NCBI GenBank assembly: GCA_009392515.1
Contig: VFGE01000031.1
Location: 604-64,603, forward strand
Source of the DNA: SAR202 cluster bacterium
GTDB taxonomy: Bacteria > Chloroflexota > Dehalococcoidia > Lucifugimonadales > UBA6952
Length of the DNA: 64,000 bases
Direction: 5' to 3'
Positions 22,001 to 29,982 of the stretch are shown piece by piece. The position numbers and the translations under genes were made by a program. Position 1 is the first letter of the stretch. Each line of letters begins with the position of its first letter. A model generated the notes under the pieces. That model was not told the origin of the DNA, made no database searches, and was given only the letters and a program-made list of their open reading frames with translations.

Positions 22001-22524
22001 TTTCTCATGCAATGAAAAAAGTGAAAGGACAAGAATTGCTTGATGATAAGGATGCAAAACTATTTGAAAATCAAAACCCAAAAGGCCCACATTTAAAATT
22101 AAATTTAAACGCATTAATTCCTACTGAATTTATTCCGGAGGTTTCCACTCGTATTTCTCTTTATAATGAATTGGCAGAAATTGATGCTATTGAAGATTTA
22201 TATACCCTAAAGGTAGAAATTATTGATAAGTATGGCCAAATCCCTATAGAATTTGAGAACTTATTTACCGTTGCACGTCTTCGTTTAATGAGTTTTCAAT
22301 GTGGAATTGATTCAATAATATTAAAAGGAAATATTTATCATATTCGATTCGATCAAACAATAAAATCCTTAAAGTATATATTGGAAAGTAATGAAGAACT
22401 TGATATCAATGTTAAAAACAGAAGTTTAAATTGCAAGGTTTCTAGATACTCAAATATAGATACACTTGATAAGTTATTTAACTTTATTTTTGAAATCAAA
22501 CATCGTGTAGAAAGTATTCACTAA
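19057..22524 (+). CDS. mfd: transcription-repair coupling factor
   Basis: 1155 aa with a CarD-like segment (FVVHIDHGIGKF), SF2 helicase motifs (GDVGFGKTEVA, DEEHRFGV, QLRGRIGRS) and a TRCF C-terminal domain. It uses a GTG start, with an alternative GTG at 19069. Confidence 0.95.
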   Translation: MFHKVSELFNNSDWYLSLIDLLKTNLYTEVSVPDCGRSLLFNSLNFRFNSPILYLTRDINRAETLVNDLLMITGSQNQVFYYPPLENIPFEFLHINSMTYTQRSKALSAIIESEKTQYPPIVVAPISAITNKIISSFEMKEKRLIIKEGTSLKMKNLLFLLLQFGYKLNKFTEMEGQCSQRGGIVDIFCPIYANPIRMEFWGDEVVSLRSFDTNSQTSLEVMNEAIIYPVSEVVFPTNNASIEYFGNQMGQKQNIQQFSGELKFNNNFEFPDFYAGIYNNSSLLDYFDNTGLVIIDGKEKILEKYYELYEEILDRQNTYSKTNALPEDFQSPYFSYTEFNNFVDNLNKVIDIKEFQSKGFNVPIKPILAYQNQFDKLISDIKMKIKTGMVIVVSSYLNRIKELFQEYEIPYEILTDQTKTIRKNIVTIAEGNLKEGLLIEQNEEVLILSDNEIFGYSKQRNIIVNENKTRGVSSISLDEFSINSFVVHIDHGIGKFIGTTVMSEYGDSEEYMVLQYADKGKIYVPTHMSHRVSLYKGSSGTNPSLSRLSTLEWKRTKAQVEEDTLEIAKDLLDLYAQRSLAKGKSFPSDSLWQIELEDSFPYIETEDQIRVINEVKEDMESETPMDRLICGDVGFGKTEVALRSAFKAVDSGAQVIILVPTTVLATQHFETFVNRLKPYPITIKMLSRLVPKSEQKQIITDLSNGQVDICIGTHRLLQKDIKLKNLGLVIVDEEHRFGVLQKDRLKEMRLGVDYLSMSATPIPRTLSMTMSGLKDMSTIDTAPEYRLPVKTFVSEESDELIAEAIKRELSRQGQVYYLHNRVHSIHMIASKLKKLIPNLRVAIAHGRMLPESLDKVMTDFVAKKFDVLVCTTIIESGLDLPSVNTLIVDNADRFGLAQLYQLRGRIGRSYRQGYAYFTIPEFKIITPPAQARLDTILASSDIGSGYRVASRDLEIRGAGQVLGKKQSGHITTIGFDLYMKMISHAMKKVKGQELLDDKDAKLFENQNPKGPHLKLNLNALIPTEFIPEVSTRISLYNELAEIDAIEDLYTLKVEIIDKYGQIPIEFENLFTVARLRLMSFQCGIDSIILKGNIYHIRFDQTIKSLKYILESNEELDINVKNRSLNCKVSRYSNIDTLDKLFNFIFEIKHRVESIH

Positions 22525-23254
22525 GTTGTAAATGTACTAAAAACTCTCTATTTCCTGTTTGTCCTTTTATTGGTGAAGAGGTGAAATTTTTGATAGCAAA
22601 CTGATTATTTATCAGCCAGTTTGTTAAACGTCCAATAATTAGTGAGTGTGTTTGGTAATCTTTGATAAGACCTTTTCGTCCAACTTCCTCTTTTTTAGCT
22701 TCAAATTGAGGTTTTAAGAGCCAAATGATCGAGCCATTATTTTTTAAATGGGTAGAAATATTTTTTAATAATAGACGTGCTGATATGAATGAAACATCCA
22801 TAGTAATTAAATCTACTTTTTCATCCAAATTAAATGGATTTCGCGCATTAATTCCTTCCATGCACACAACTTTAGGGTTGATTCTTAATTTATAATCTAA
22901 TTGGTTTTTACCCACATCAACAGCATAGATTTTATTTGAACCATTTTGTAATAAACAATCAGTAAATCCGCCTGTAGATGAGCCGACATCAAGAGCAATA
23001 CTTTCTTTTGTTTCTATATGAAAAACCTCTAATGCGTGCTGGAGTTTATCTCCGCCTCGACTAACAAATTTTTTGGATTGATTGACTTTTATTGTAGAAA
23101 TACTGGGGTCAAATAATGTTCCTGGCTTGGTTACTTTTTGATCATTTACGTAAACTTTTCCTGCCATGATTAATGCTTGTGCTTGAGATCGTGAATTTGC
23201 AAAATTTAATTCATGAATAAGAAAATCAATTCTTTTTTTTCTTTTTGAAGTCAT
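22496..23254 (-). CDS. tlyA: TlyA-family 16S/23S rRNA (cytidine-2'-O)-methyltransferase (S4 + FtsJ domains)
   Basis: 252 aa with an S4-like N-terminus (RIDFLIHELNFANSRSQAQALIMAGKVYVN) and the SAM motif LDVGSSTGGFTD. Its 3' end overlaps mfd by 29 nt. Confidence 0.88.
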   Translation of the reverse strand: MTSKRKKRIDFLIHELNFANSRSQAQALIMAGKVYVNDQKVTKPGTLFDPSISTIKVNQSKKFVSRGGDKLQHALEVFHIETKESIALDVGSSTGGFTDCLLQNGSNKIYAVDVGKNQLDYKLRINPKVVCMEGINARNPFNLDEKVDLITMDVSFISARLLLKNISTHLKNNGSIIWLLKPQFEAKKEEVGRKGLIKDYQTHSLIIGRLTNWLINNQFAIKNFTSSPIKGQTGNREFLVHLQLSEYFLHDV

Positions 23255-23313
23255 ATCTACTTCTATTTATCTAAATGATTTAGAAATTTACAAGAGATAT
23301 TATGTTACATTAA

Positions 23314-23343
23314 TTGACATAATATATATATAGAAACTATAAT
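23314..23343 (+). promoter_or_regulatory. candidate sigma70-type promoter for rpmH-rnpA operon
   Basis: TTGACA (23314-23319), an 18-nt spacer, then TATAAT (23338-23343), 38 nt upstream of the rpmH ATG. AT-rich background raises the chance of a false match. Confidence 0.45.
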
Positions 23344-23380
23344 CCGTTGGTAAATTTTTTTATTTTTTTGTTATTTTGTT

Positions 23381-23518
23381 ATGCCTAAGAGAACTTATCA
23401 ACCAAAAAAACGTAGAAGACTTAGAGTGCATGGTTTTCGAAGTAGAATGAGCACTAAGGGTGGTCGAGCGGTGTTGAGCCGTCGACGTGCTAAAGGTCGT
23501 CATTCTCTTACCGTATAG
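23381..23518 (+). CDS. rpmH: 50S ribosomal protein L34
   Basis: It is below the ORF-track size cut-off. Manual translation gives [45 protein letters not shown] (45 aa), the canonical L34 sequence, directly upstream of rnpA. Confidence 0.95.
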   Translation: MPKRTYQPKKRRRLRVHGFRSRMSTKGGRAVLSRRRAKGRHSLTV

Positions 23519-23564
23519 TCACATTTAGTCAATCCTGTATTGTTTCGTATAATAATTTTGCTTA

Positions 23565-23897
23565 TTGGAATTTATGTACAAGACCATAAAAAAAACGGTG
23601 GAGTTTAAGTCCGTCCATAGTCTAAATTATGGTTATTCAAGTAGATATATGAGAGTAAAGATAAAGAATAATTCTCAAATATCTACAAGGGTAGGATATT
23701 CAATTAGCAAAAAAATAGGAACTGCAGTTACGCGCAATTTGGTAAAACGAAGATTGAAAAATATAATTGGTGATTTTAAATTAAAACCTGGATGGGACAT
23801 TGTCGTAGTAGCTAGGGTAGGAATAAGAGATACCAGTTATGATGAATTAGTAGAAGATCTGAAAAGGATATGTAGTAAATTGGATTTATTTCAATGA
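23565..23897 (+). CDS. rnpA: ribonuclease P protein component
   Basis: 110 aa with the RVGYSISKKIGTAVTRNLVKRRLKN (RNR-type) motif, in synteny after rpmH. The start is either TTG 23565 or ATG 23574. Confidence 0.85.
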   Translation: MEFMYKTIKKTVEFKSVHSLNYGYSSRYMRVKIKNNSQISTRVGYSISKKIGTAVTRNLVKRRLKNIIGDFKLKPGWDIVVVARVGIRDTSYDELVEDLKRICSKLDLFQ

Positions 23898-23922
23898 GCT
23901 TATAAATGATAAGTGAAATAAA

Positions 23923-24135
23923 GTGACATTATTAGCAATAAAAATAATTAGGTTATATCAAAAAGTAATATCGCCTTACTTACCTTCTGCATGCAGATAC
24001 GAACCAACGTGTTCCGAGTACTCAATAGAAGCTATGAAAAGATTTGGAATCATAAAAGGCATTTTTTTGACGGTGAAAAGATTATTACGATGTAACCCAT
24101 TAGGTGGAAAGGGATATGATCCTATTCCTAAGTAA
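23923..24135 (+). CDS. yidD: membrane protein insertion efficiency factor YidD
   Basis: 70 aa with the [27 protein letters not shown] and [12 protein letters not shown] hallmark motifs. Confidence 0.92.
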   Translation: MTLLAIKIIRLYQKVISPYLPSACRYEPTCSEYSIEAMKRFGIIKGIFLTVKRLLRCNPLGGKGYDPIPK

Positions 24136-24160
24136 TTCAATTAATTTAGAACTTTAACTT

Positions 24161-25501
24161 ATGTTTAAAAGAAAAAATATATTAACCTACTTAATGATAA
24201 TTGCAATAGTGATTTTATCAGGTTGTGATAGTGATAGATTCACAGCGGATTATGGTTGGGCTAGTCCAATTCTAGTAGAGGACTCAGTTATAAGCATGTC
24301 AGAGAAAGGTATGGTTTTTGTTGCAGATACCAATTTACTTCCTGTGACAGGAGAATCTGAAAACCAAAGACCTTCTGCAAAATTTTCACCAGAAGATAGT
24401 CACCAGAATTGTGATTCCGATTACTTAGATAAAGCTGGAGAAGCAATTTATAGTACACCTGGATACAGTGCTAATAATAGTACAGTAATTGTTGGCTATT
24501 ATACTGGTTTAGTTGTAGGTTTGAGATATCCAGATTTAAGCTTGAAATGGTGTAATTTTATAGATCCATTATCCAAAGGTAATTCTAATGGAGGGTTTTT
24601 TAGCTTTTTAAGTTTTGGGCCGAGGCATCAACCGGACACCTTAATTGGTAATATTACTGTTCATGATGGGTTAGCTATAATGGGAACATCTAAAGGTTTT
24701 ATTTTGGCAATGAGTGTTGATACTGGAAATATTAAGTGGTGTTTTAATGGAGAAGTCACTACTGCTATTTGCCAACCTGAGTCTATAATGGGTTCTATTT
24801 ATGACTCTCCTTTAGTAGATGCTGGTAAAGTATATATTTCTTCCTTAGATGGATCAATTTATGCATTGGATGTATATGAAGGAACTACCAAAATACCTAA
24901 TGCGACTTTTTTTCAAACAGAAAATAAATCTGCTTTAATTTCTAGACCATCTGCGACATCGGGTATGTTTATAATTAACTCGCTCGATAGAAACATTTAT
25001 GTAATAAATAAAAAAGATGGATCAATTATTACGACTCTATTTAATGATACTGAAAAAGCGAGTGGAAGATTTTGGGCAGGTTCTTTGATTGATGACAATC
25101 AAGTATACTCTGTTACTACAAATGGAAGATTGTATAAATTTGAAATAGATACTTCGGGACGAAAGAAAAATATGACATCTGTACAGCTAAAAAACAGGGG
25201 TCAAACAGCTGGAGAAGATATTTTAATTACAAGTTCTCCAATATTATTAGACGATACTTTGATTATTGTGGATTCTATTTCCGGTAATATTTGGGAAGTT
25301 TCATCAAATTCCTTTCAATCTACTAATATTGTGGAACTTTCTCCTGTTAAACATGGTTCTGACGAATCATGGCAGGGTATTCCTTCTGAACCTTTAGCAA
25401 TTGATAGAACTATGTATTTTCATTCAAGTGAGAAAAAATTCTTATGTAAAAAAGATTTGCATCAAGATGCAATAGGCTGTTTATCAGTAACGGAGAAATA
25501 G
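24161..25501 (+). CDS. PQQ-like (BamB-type) beta-propeller repeat lipoprotein
   Basis: 446 aa with signal peptide plus lipobox LSGC (MIIAIVILSGCDS). It has repeated G-x-[IL]-[YL]-A-[LM]-D-x-x-[TE]-G-type blades (GFILAMSVDTGNIKW, GSIYALDVYEGT, RNIYVINKKDGS, GRLYKFEIDTSG). Confidence 0.7.
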   Translation: MFKRKNILTYLMIIAIVILSGCDSDRFTADYGWASPILVEDSVISMSEKGMVFVADTNLLPVTGESENQRPSAKFSPEDSHQNCDSDYLDKAGEAIYSTPGYSANNSTVIVGYYTGLVVGLRYPDLSLKWCNFIDPLSKGNSNGGFFSFLSFGPRHQPDTLIGNITVHDGLAIMGTSKGFILAMSVDTGNIKWCFNGEVTTAICQPESIMGSIYDSPLVDAGKVYISSLDGSIYALDVYEGTTKIPNATFFQTENKSALISRPSATSGMFIINSLDRNIYVINKKDGSIITTLFNDTEKASGRFWAGSLIDDNQVYSVTTNGRLYKFEIDTSGRKKNMTSVQLKNRGQTAGEDILITSSPILLDDTLIIVDSISGNIWEVSSNSFQSTNIVELSPVKHGSDESWQGIPSEPLAIDRTMYFHSSEKKFLCKKDLHQDAIGCLSVTEK

Positions 25502-25508
25502 AGGTATT

Positions 25509-26387
25509 ATGGGAGATTTATGGAACGCATTGATTTTTGATCCAATGTTAAATAGCTTAATAATATTATATACATTTTTAGGAAATAACTTTGGTTTAAC
25601 AATTATTGTATTTACTTTAATCGTCAATATAATAATGTTGCCTTTGAGACTTAAACAAATACGTTCTACAAAAAAACTTGCTGTACTTGGACCAAGATTA
25701 CAGGCTATTCAGAAGAAATATGCAAATGATTCTCAGCGTAGAGGACAAGAAACTATGAGAATCTACAAAGAAGAAGGTATTAGTCCACTAGGTTGTTTAG
25801 GTCCATTAGTAATTCAAATGCCCATATGGATAAGCTTGTATTGGTGTATATATGCTTTAATTCCCACGTTTCCAGAAAATTTTGCAAGCTTGACTTCACA
25901 TATGTACGATTCTCTAGAATTTTTGGATACAGCTATTCCGTTGAACAGTACATTTTTAGGTTTAGATTTGGCACAACCAGTAGCATTATTTGCATTACTT
26001 GTGGGCGGTTCGATGTGGGTTTTGCAAAAAATGTCCATGATGGAATCTACAGATCCCAGACAACAACAGACACAAAAAATGATGTTATGGATGATGCCTT
26101 TCATGTTTGGATTTTTATGTTTGCAATTTCCATCCGGCTTATCTATGTATTGGATGACAAGTAATTTAGTTGGTATAGCAGTTCAATACTTCGTTGCTGG
26201 TTGGGGTGGTTTGATTCAAAGTACAGATACAAATCAATCTACAACAGTAAAACAATCAATAATAAATGAAGACGATGTTTCTTCAGAAGAGGAGGATTTA
26301 GATGAGAAACAGCATAAAAATAAGCGGCAAGACGGTAGAAGACGCAATAGAAATAGCTCTAATAGAACTCGACGTAAGCAGAGATGA
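25509..26387 (+). CDS. yidC: membrane protein insertase YidC/Oxa1 family, short (monoderm-type)
   Basis: 292 aa, lacking a large periplasmic domain. Motifs are LPLRLKQIRSTKKLAVLGPRLQAIQKKY and GISPLGCLGPLVIQMPIW, with a polybasic C-terminal tail. Confidence 0.9.
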   Translation: MGDLWNALIFDPMLNSLIILYTFLGNNFGLTIIVFTLIVNIIMLPLRLKQIRSTKKLAVLGPRLQAIQKKYANDSQRRGQETMRIYKEEGISPLGCLGPLVIQMPIWISLYWCIYALIPTFPENFASLTSHMYDSLEFLDTAIPLNSTFLGLDLAQPVALFALLVGGSMWVLQKMSMMESTDPRQQQTQKMMLWMMPFMFGFLCLQFPSGLSMYWMTSNLVGIAVQYFVAGWGGLIQSTDTNQSTTVKQSIINEDDVSSEEEDLDEKQHKNKRQDGRRRNRNSSNRTRRKQR

Positions 26388-26943
26388 AGTATCCATAGAT
26401 ATCATATCAGAAGGTAAGTCAGGTCTTTTTGGCATTGGTGCAACAGAAGCAACCGTAAAGGTTACTCGGCTAGGAGATTCTTCCGCAGCATCAGGTACAG
26501 CAATAACATATCTAAATGAAATATTATCTTTTTTAGATGTTGATGCTTTAGCAACAATCAGAACTGTAAACAATAGTAAAAACAAAGGACCAGTTATTGA
26601 TATACAGGGTGAGGATGCTGGTTTACTTATAGGTAAAAAAGGTGAAAATCTAAGTGCATTACAATTTATATTAAATAGAATATTAAGATCTAACAGTGTC
26701 GATTCATTTGTTACGTTAGATATAGAGCAATACAAGGAAAGAAGATCGCAATCATTAAATACTTTAGCAGCTAAAGTTGCCGATAGGGTGATGAATAATA
26801 AACGTTCAATAACCTTGGAGCCGATGACAGCTTCAGAACGAAGAGTTATTCATACAGCTCTTGCAGATCATCCAGGTGTTAAAACCGAGAGTTTTGGTTC
26901 AGGGTATAACCGTAAAGTAGTGGTTATGCCAAATAACGCTTAA
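26302..26943 (+). CDS. jag: Jag/KhpB RNA-binding protein (Jag_N + KH + R3H)
   Basis: 213 aa. Domains are Jag_N (SGKTVEDAIEIALIELDVSRDEV), KH GxxG (IGKKGENLSALQ) and R3H (ERRVIHTALADHPGVKTES). It overlaps the yidC 3' end by 86 nt in the +1 frame. Confidence 0.88.
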   Translation: MRNSIKISGKTVEDAIEIALIELDVSRDEVSIDIISEGKSGLFGIGATEATVKVTRLGDSSAASGTAITYLNEILSFLDVDALATIRTVNNSKNKGPVIDIQGEDAGLLIGKKGENLSALQFILNRILRSNSVDSFVTLDIEQYKERRSQSLNTLAAKVADRVMNNKRSITLEPMTASERRVIHTALADHPGVKTESFGSGYNRKVVVMPNNA

Positions 26944-27506
26944 GAATTCTTTAGATTTAACCTGACCAATTCAATACTGTCTTTTAGATCGTGTTTTGTT
27001 TTTGGAGCAATATAATTAGGGTCATTTTCGACCTTCAATGTTACAAATATTGGTCCTGGGGTGTTTAATATAGTTTCAATGTCTAAAGTGAAATCTTCAA
27101 TATTGTCAAATTCAAACGTTTTTGCATAACCTACAGCATCAGCCATTTTTGAAAAAGAAAGTTGGCTACTTGAAGGTATCGGTTGATTTCCTGATCCTGC
27201 ATATGAACCATTCTGGACTACAAAATGGATGAAATTTTCAGGTTGAACCTCGCTAACGGTTGCTAATGAACCTAAGTTCATTAGCAAACTCCCATCGCCG
27301 TCTAAAACGATAACTTTACTGTTTGGTTTAGCTAATGCAATACCTAAACCAAGTGAGGATCCTTTACCCATACAGTCTTCAAAATATATATCCAAGTTTT
27401 GATTATTGCTAACAGAATTCCACACATGGCTACTTGATTCACAAGCAACCACAACTTCATCTTTTCGGTATTTACCAAGCTCAATAAGACAATTTTCAAT
27501 CAACAT
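26940..27506 (-). CDS. sulfopyruvate/phosphonopyruvate decarboxylase family, beta-type subunit paralog 2 (TPP-binding C-domain)
   Basis: 188 aa with the TPP motif LDGDGSLLMNLGSLATVSEVQPENFIHFVVQNG. It shares about 45-50% identity by eye with the upstream paralog over the core, including an identical EFDNIEDF. Confidence 0.7.
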   Translation of the reverse strand: MLIENCLIELGKYRKDEVVVACESSSHVWNSVSNNQNLDIYFEDCMGKGSSLGLGIALAKPNSKVIVLDGDGSLLMNLGSLATVSEVQPENFIHFVVQNGSYAGSGNQPIPSSSQLSFSKMADAVGYAKTFEFDNIEDFTLDIETILNTPGPIFVTLKVENDPNYIAPKTKHDLKDSIELVRLNLKNS

Positions 27507-27520
27507 TTGGTTTATCTATA

Positions 27521-28108
27521 TTAAAGTGTACCTAGTTCTTTTCGAAGATCTTTAATTGCGTCATTCGTAGAACGATTTCTTGGATCTCTAGTTCGTCTAC
27601 CAATTGGCTCATTTTGTATTTCAGGAACAGAATGGATATGAACAAAAATTGGACCTTCTGCTGTGAAAATTTCTTCTACCTTTCCAGCAAAGTCCTCGAT
27701 GTTATCAAATTCGTATGAAGCAGCATAACCTGCACCAGCAGCCATTTGTGAAAAATTAGCTTCATCGGCTGCTGCAATAGGTTGACCTCCAGTTACTGAA
27801 AAGTACCCATTATTAAGTACAAAATGGATCAAATTTTTTGGTTTTGCTCCAGCAATAGTCATCATTGTACCTAGGTTCATATTGAGACTGCCATCACCAT
27901 CGAAACAAACAACTTTTGTATCTGGTTGGGCTAGGGCTAAACCCATTGCAAAGTTTGATGCTTTACCCATTGCTCCGCCAACACTTACATCTCTTGATGG
28001 TTGGTCACTAGAATCTAACCATCCACGTGAACCCGTCATAGTAGGTATCGCAATCGCTTTACCTCTAAATTTTTTTATTTCTGCCATTAAATCGTCGTTA
28101 TTTATCAT
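27521..28108 (-). CDS. sulfopyruvate/phosphonopyruvate decarboxylase family, beta-type subunit paralog 1 (TPP-binding C-domain)
   Basis: 195 aa with the TPP motif FDGDGSLNMNLGTMMTIAGAKPKNLIHFVLNNG. Length and layout resemble ComE. Confidence 0.7.
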   Translation of the reverse strand: MINNDDLMAEIKKFRGKAIAIPTMTGSRGWLDSSDQPSRDVSVGGAMGKASNFAMGLALAQPDTKVVCFDGDGSLNMNLGTMMTIAGAKPKNLIHFVLNNGYFSVTGGQPIAAADEANFSQMAAGAGYAASYEFDNIEDFAGKVEEIFTAEGPIFVHIHSVPEIQNEPIGRRTRDPRNRSTNDAIKDLRKELGTL

Positions 28109-28156
28109 AGTTAACCTCGATACTAATTTTCATAAACATTTGTCTGATAAAATAAA

Positions 28157-28711
28157 TTATCCTTCTTTGATTATTTTTCTTTCTTCATCCAAATTCATTC
28201 TGTTGAATCCATGATATTCATCACCCACGAGAACTGCTACAGGTTTTTGGGTCGCTGCTGCAGTTTGAAATGCAAGTGTAATTCGATCTGCATCTCCATC
28301 ATGCTCAACTAGATAGTATTGTATTCCCCATGCATTAAGAGTTGGTTCAGTAAGTCTTGCGGCTGAGTCAGGAGTTATACCCCATCTAGTCCAGCCTCGG
28401 TACCCAATAATCATAACTATTGGTAAGTTACAATCTAATCCAAGTCCACGAATAGAATCTCCGGACTCCATCATCCCAGTATTTTGTACTAAGCAAACAG
28501 GTATTTTACCACCAACGATAACCCCTGCTGCTATTGCCATAGTTTCTGCTTCTCTTCCAACAGTGATAACTTCAATGTTAGGATCTTCTTCCATGGCGAT
28601 AAATAAATGATTAGTCTCGCTGTCAGGTAGATAAATCACATGAGTCACATTGTTTTCTTTAATTTTATCTAAGATAGTTAGAGGGCTTAACATAGCCTGT
28701 TGTTCAGTCAT
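28157..28711 (-). CDS. sulfopyruvate/phosphonopyruvate decarboxylase family, alpha-type subunit (TPP pyrimidine-binding N-domain)
   Basis: 184 aa from ATG 28711, which is preceded by GGGGAGG. The track ORF was extended to 28840. The pattern GREAETMAIAAGVIVGGKIPVCLVQNTGMMESGDSI...PIVMIIGYRG matches ComD/Ppd N-domains with the catalytic Glu. Confidence 0.75.
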   Translation of the reverse strand: MTEQQAMLSPLTILDKIKENNVTHVIYLPDSETNHLFIAMEEDPNIEVITVGREAETMAIAAGVIVGGKIPVCLVQNTGMMESGDSIRGLGLDCNLPIVMIIGYRGWTRWGITPDSAARLTEPTLNAWGIQYYLVEHDGDADRITLAFQTAAATQKPVAVLVGDEYHGFNRMNLDEERKIIKEG

Positions 28712-28877
28712 CAGAACCTCCCCATTGAGTAAAATTGCTACAGTGCTCACAATATAATAGAAATGTTTTTCTAAAGCAAGTAAATAGATGCATTTATTTT
28801 GCTTACCTACTTTGTTGTTAATATATTTAATATAATGCATAATTTATGTTGGTAATAAAAATAAGGAACTACTTAAA

Positions 28878-29982
28878 ATGGAAGAGTTAAATAATAGGTC
28901 TGTTAGTTTAGAATCAAAATTTGCAGATATAATGGTGCGTCTTTGACTTACCTAAAACAGAAGCTGAAATTGAGGCTTTACAACAGAAAACTTTAGCTGC
29001 AGACTTTTGGGATAATTCTTCTTTGGCTAAAGATGTAATGCAACGTTTAGCTGATCTAACAAATTTTGTTCAAAAGTGTCGTTCCCTCGAGTCAGATATT
29101 AGTGAATTAGTAGAATTAACTTCAATCATAGATGAGGATGATGTTGAGGTTGAGAAACAATTACTTGAAGAAATTACCAGGGTGGAAGAAGAATTATCTA
29201 TTGTAGAATTCAATTTACTCTTTTCAGGTGAGTATGACGATTCAAATTCTATACTTGCAATTCATGCTGGAGCAGGAGGTACTGAATCTCAAGATTGGTC
29301 TCAGATGTTGCTCAGGATGTATTTAAGATGGGCAGAGAAGAAAAATTATTCTGCTGAGATAATCGAGTTATCAGAAGGTGATGAAGCAGGTATCAAGAGT
29401 GTACTTATTTCCATAAAGGGACGATGGTCTTATGGGAATTTGAAATCAGAAAGAGGGGTTCATAGGTTAGTTAGAGTATCCCCGTTTGATGCTTCAAAAT
29501 CAAGACATACTTCATTTGCATTAGTTGAAGTTTTACCAGATACAGAAAAAAATGTTGATGTAACAATAGATAATGATGATTTGCGGATAGATGTTTTTCG
29601 AGCTGGAGGGCATGGAGGGCAAAATGTGCAGAAAAATTCTACAGCAATACGTATAACTCATTTACCTACTGGAGTTGTAGTCGTTTGTCAAAATGAAAGA
29701 TCACAATTACAGAATAAAGAACTCGCAATGCAAATATTGAAGGCACGATTACTAGATATAAGAATGAAAGAATTAGAGAAAGAACATTCTGAATTAAAGG
29801 GTGAACACATATCTGCAGAATGGGGAAATCAAATTAGAAGTTATGTTTTACATCCATATAAAATGGTAAAAGATCACAGAACTGGGCATGAAGATACTGA
29901 TACTAATTCTGTATTAGATGGTAATATCAATGATTTTTTACAATCATATCTGTTAAATCAAGTCTCTAATGATACTTTCTAA
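28878..29982 (+). CDS. prfB: peptide chain release factor 2, expressed via programmed +1 frameshift
   Basis: Frame 0 reads ATG 28878 ...MEELNNRSVSLESKFADIMVRL then TGA at 28944. The +1 frame from GAC 28945 continues DLPKTEAEIEALQQKTLAADFWDN... into the track ORF 29023-29982. That ORF contains the SPF tripeptide (RVSPFD) and the GGQ motif (AGGHGGQNVQK). Confidence 0.93.
28941..28947 (+). promoter_or_regulatory. RF2 autoregulatory +1 frameshift site CTT TGA C
   Basis: The exact canonical heptamer CTTTGAC is present, with an upstream GGTG that could act as an SD-like stimulator 3 nt before CTT. Confidence 0.9.

Noticed and set aside
23255-23380. Possible replication origin next to rpmH, because the rpmH-rnpA-yidC region often flanks oriC/dnaA.
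   Set aside because: The spacer is only 126 nt. I could find no clustered TTATCCACA-like DnaA boxes, only one weak TTATCTAAA. No dnaA gene is adjacent, because tlyA is the neighbour.
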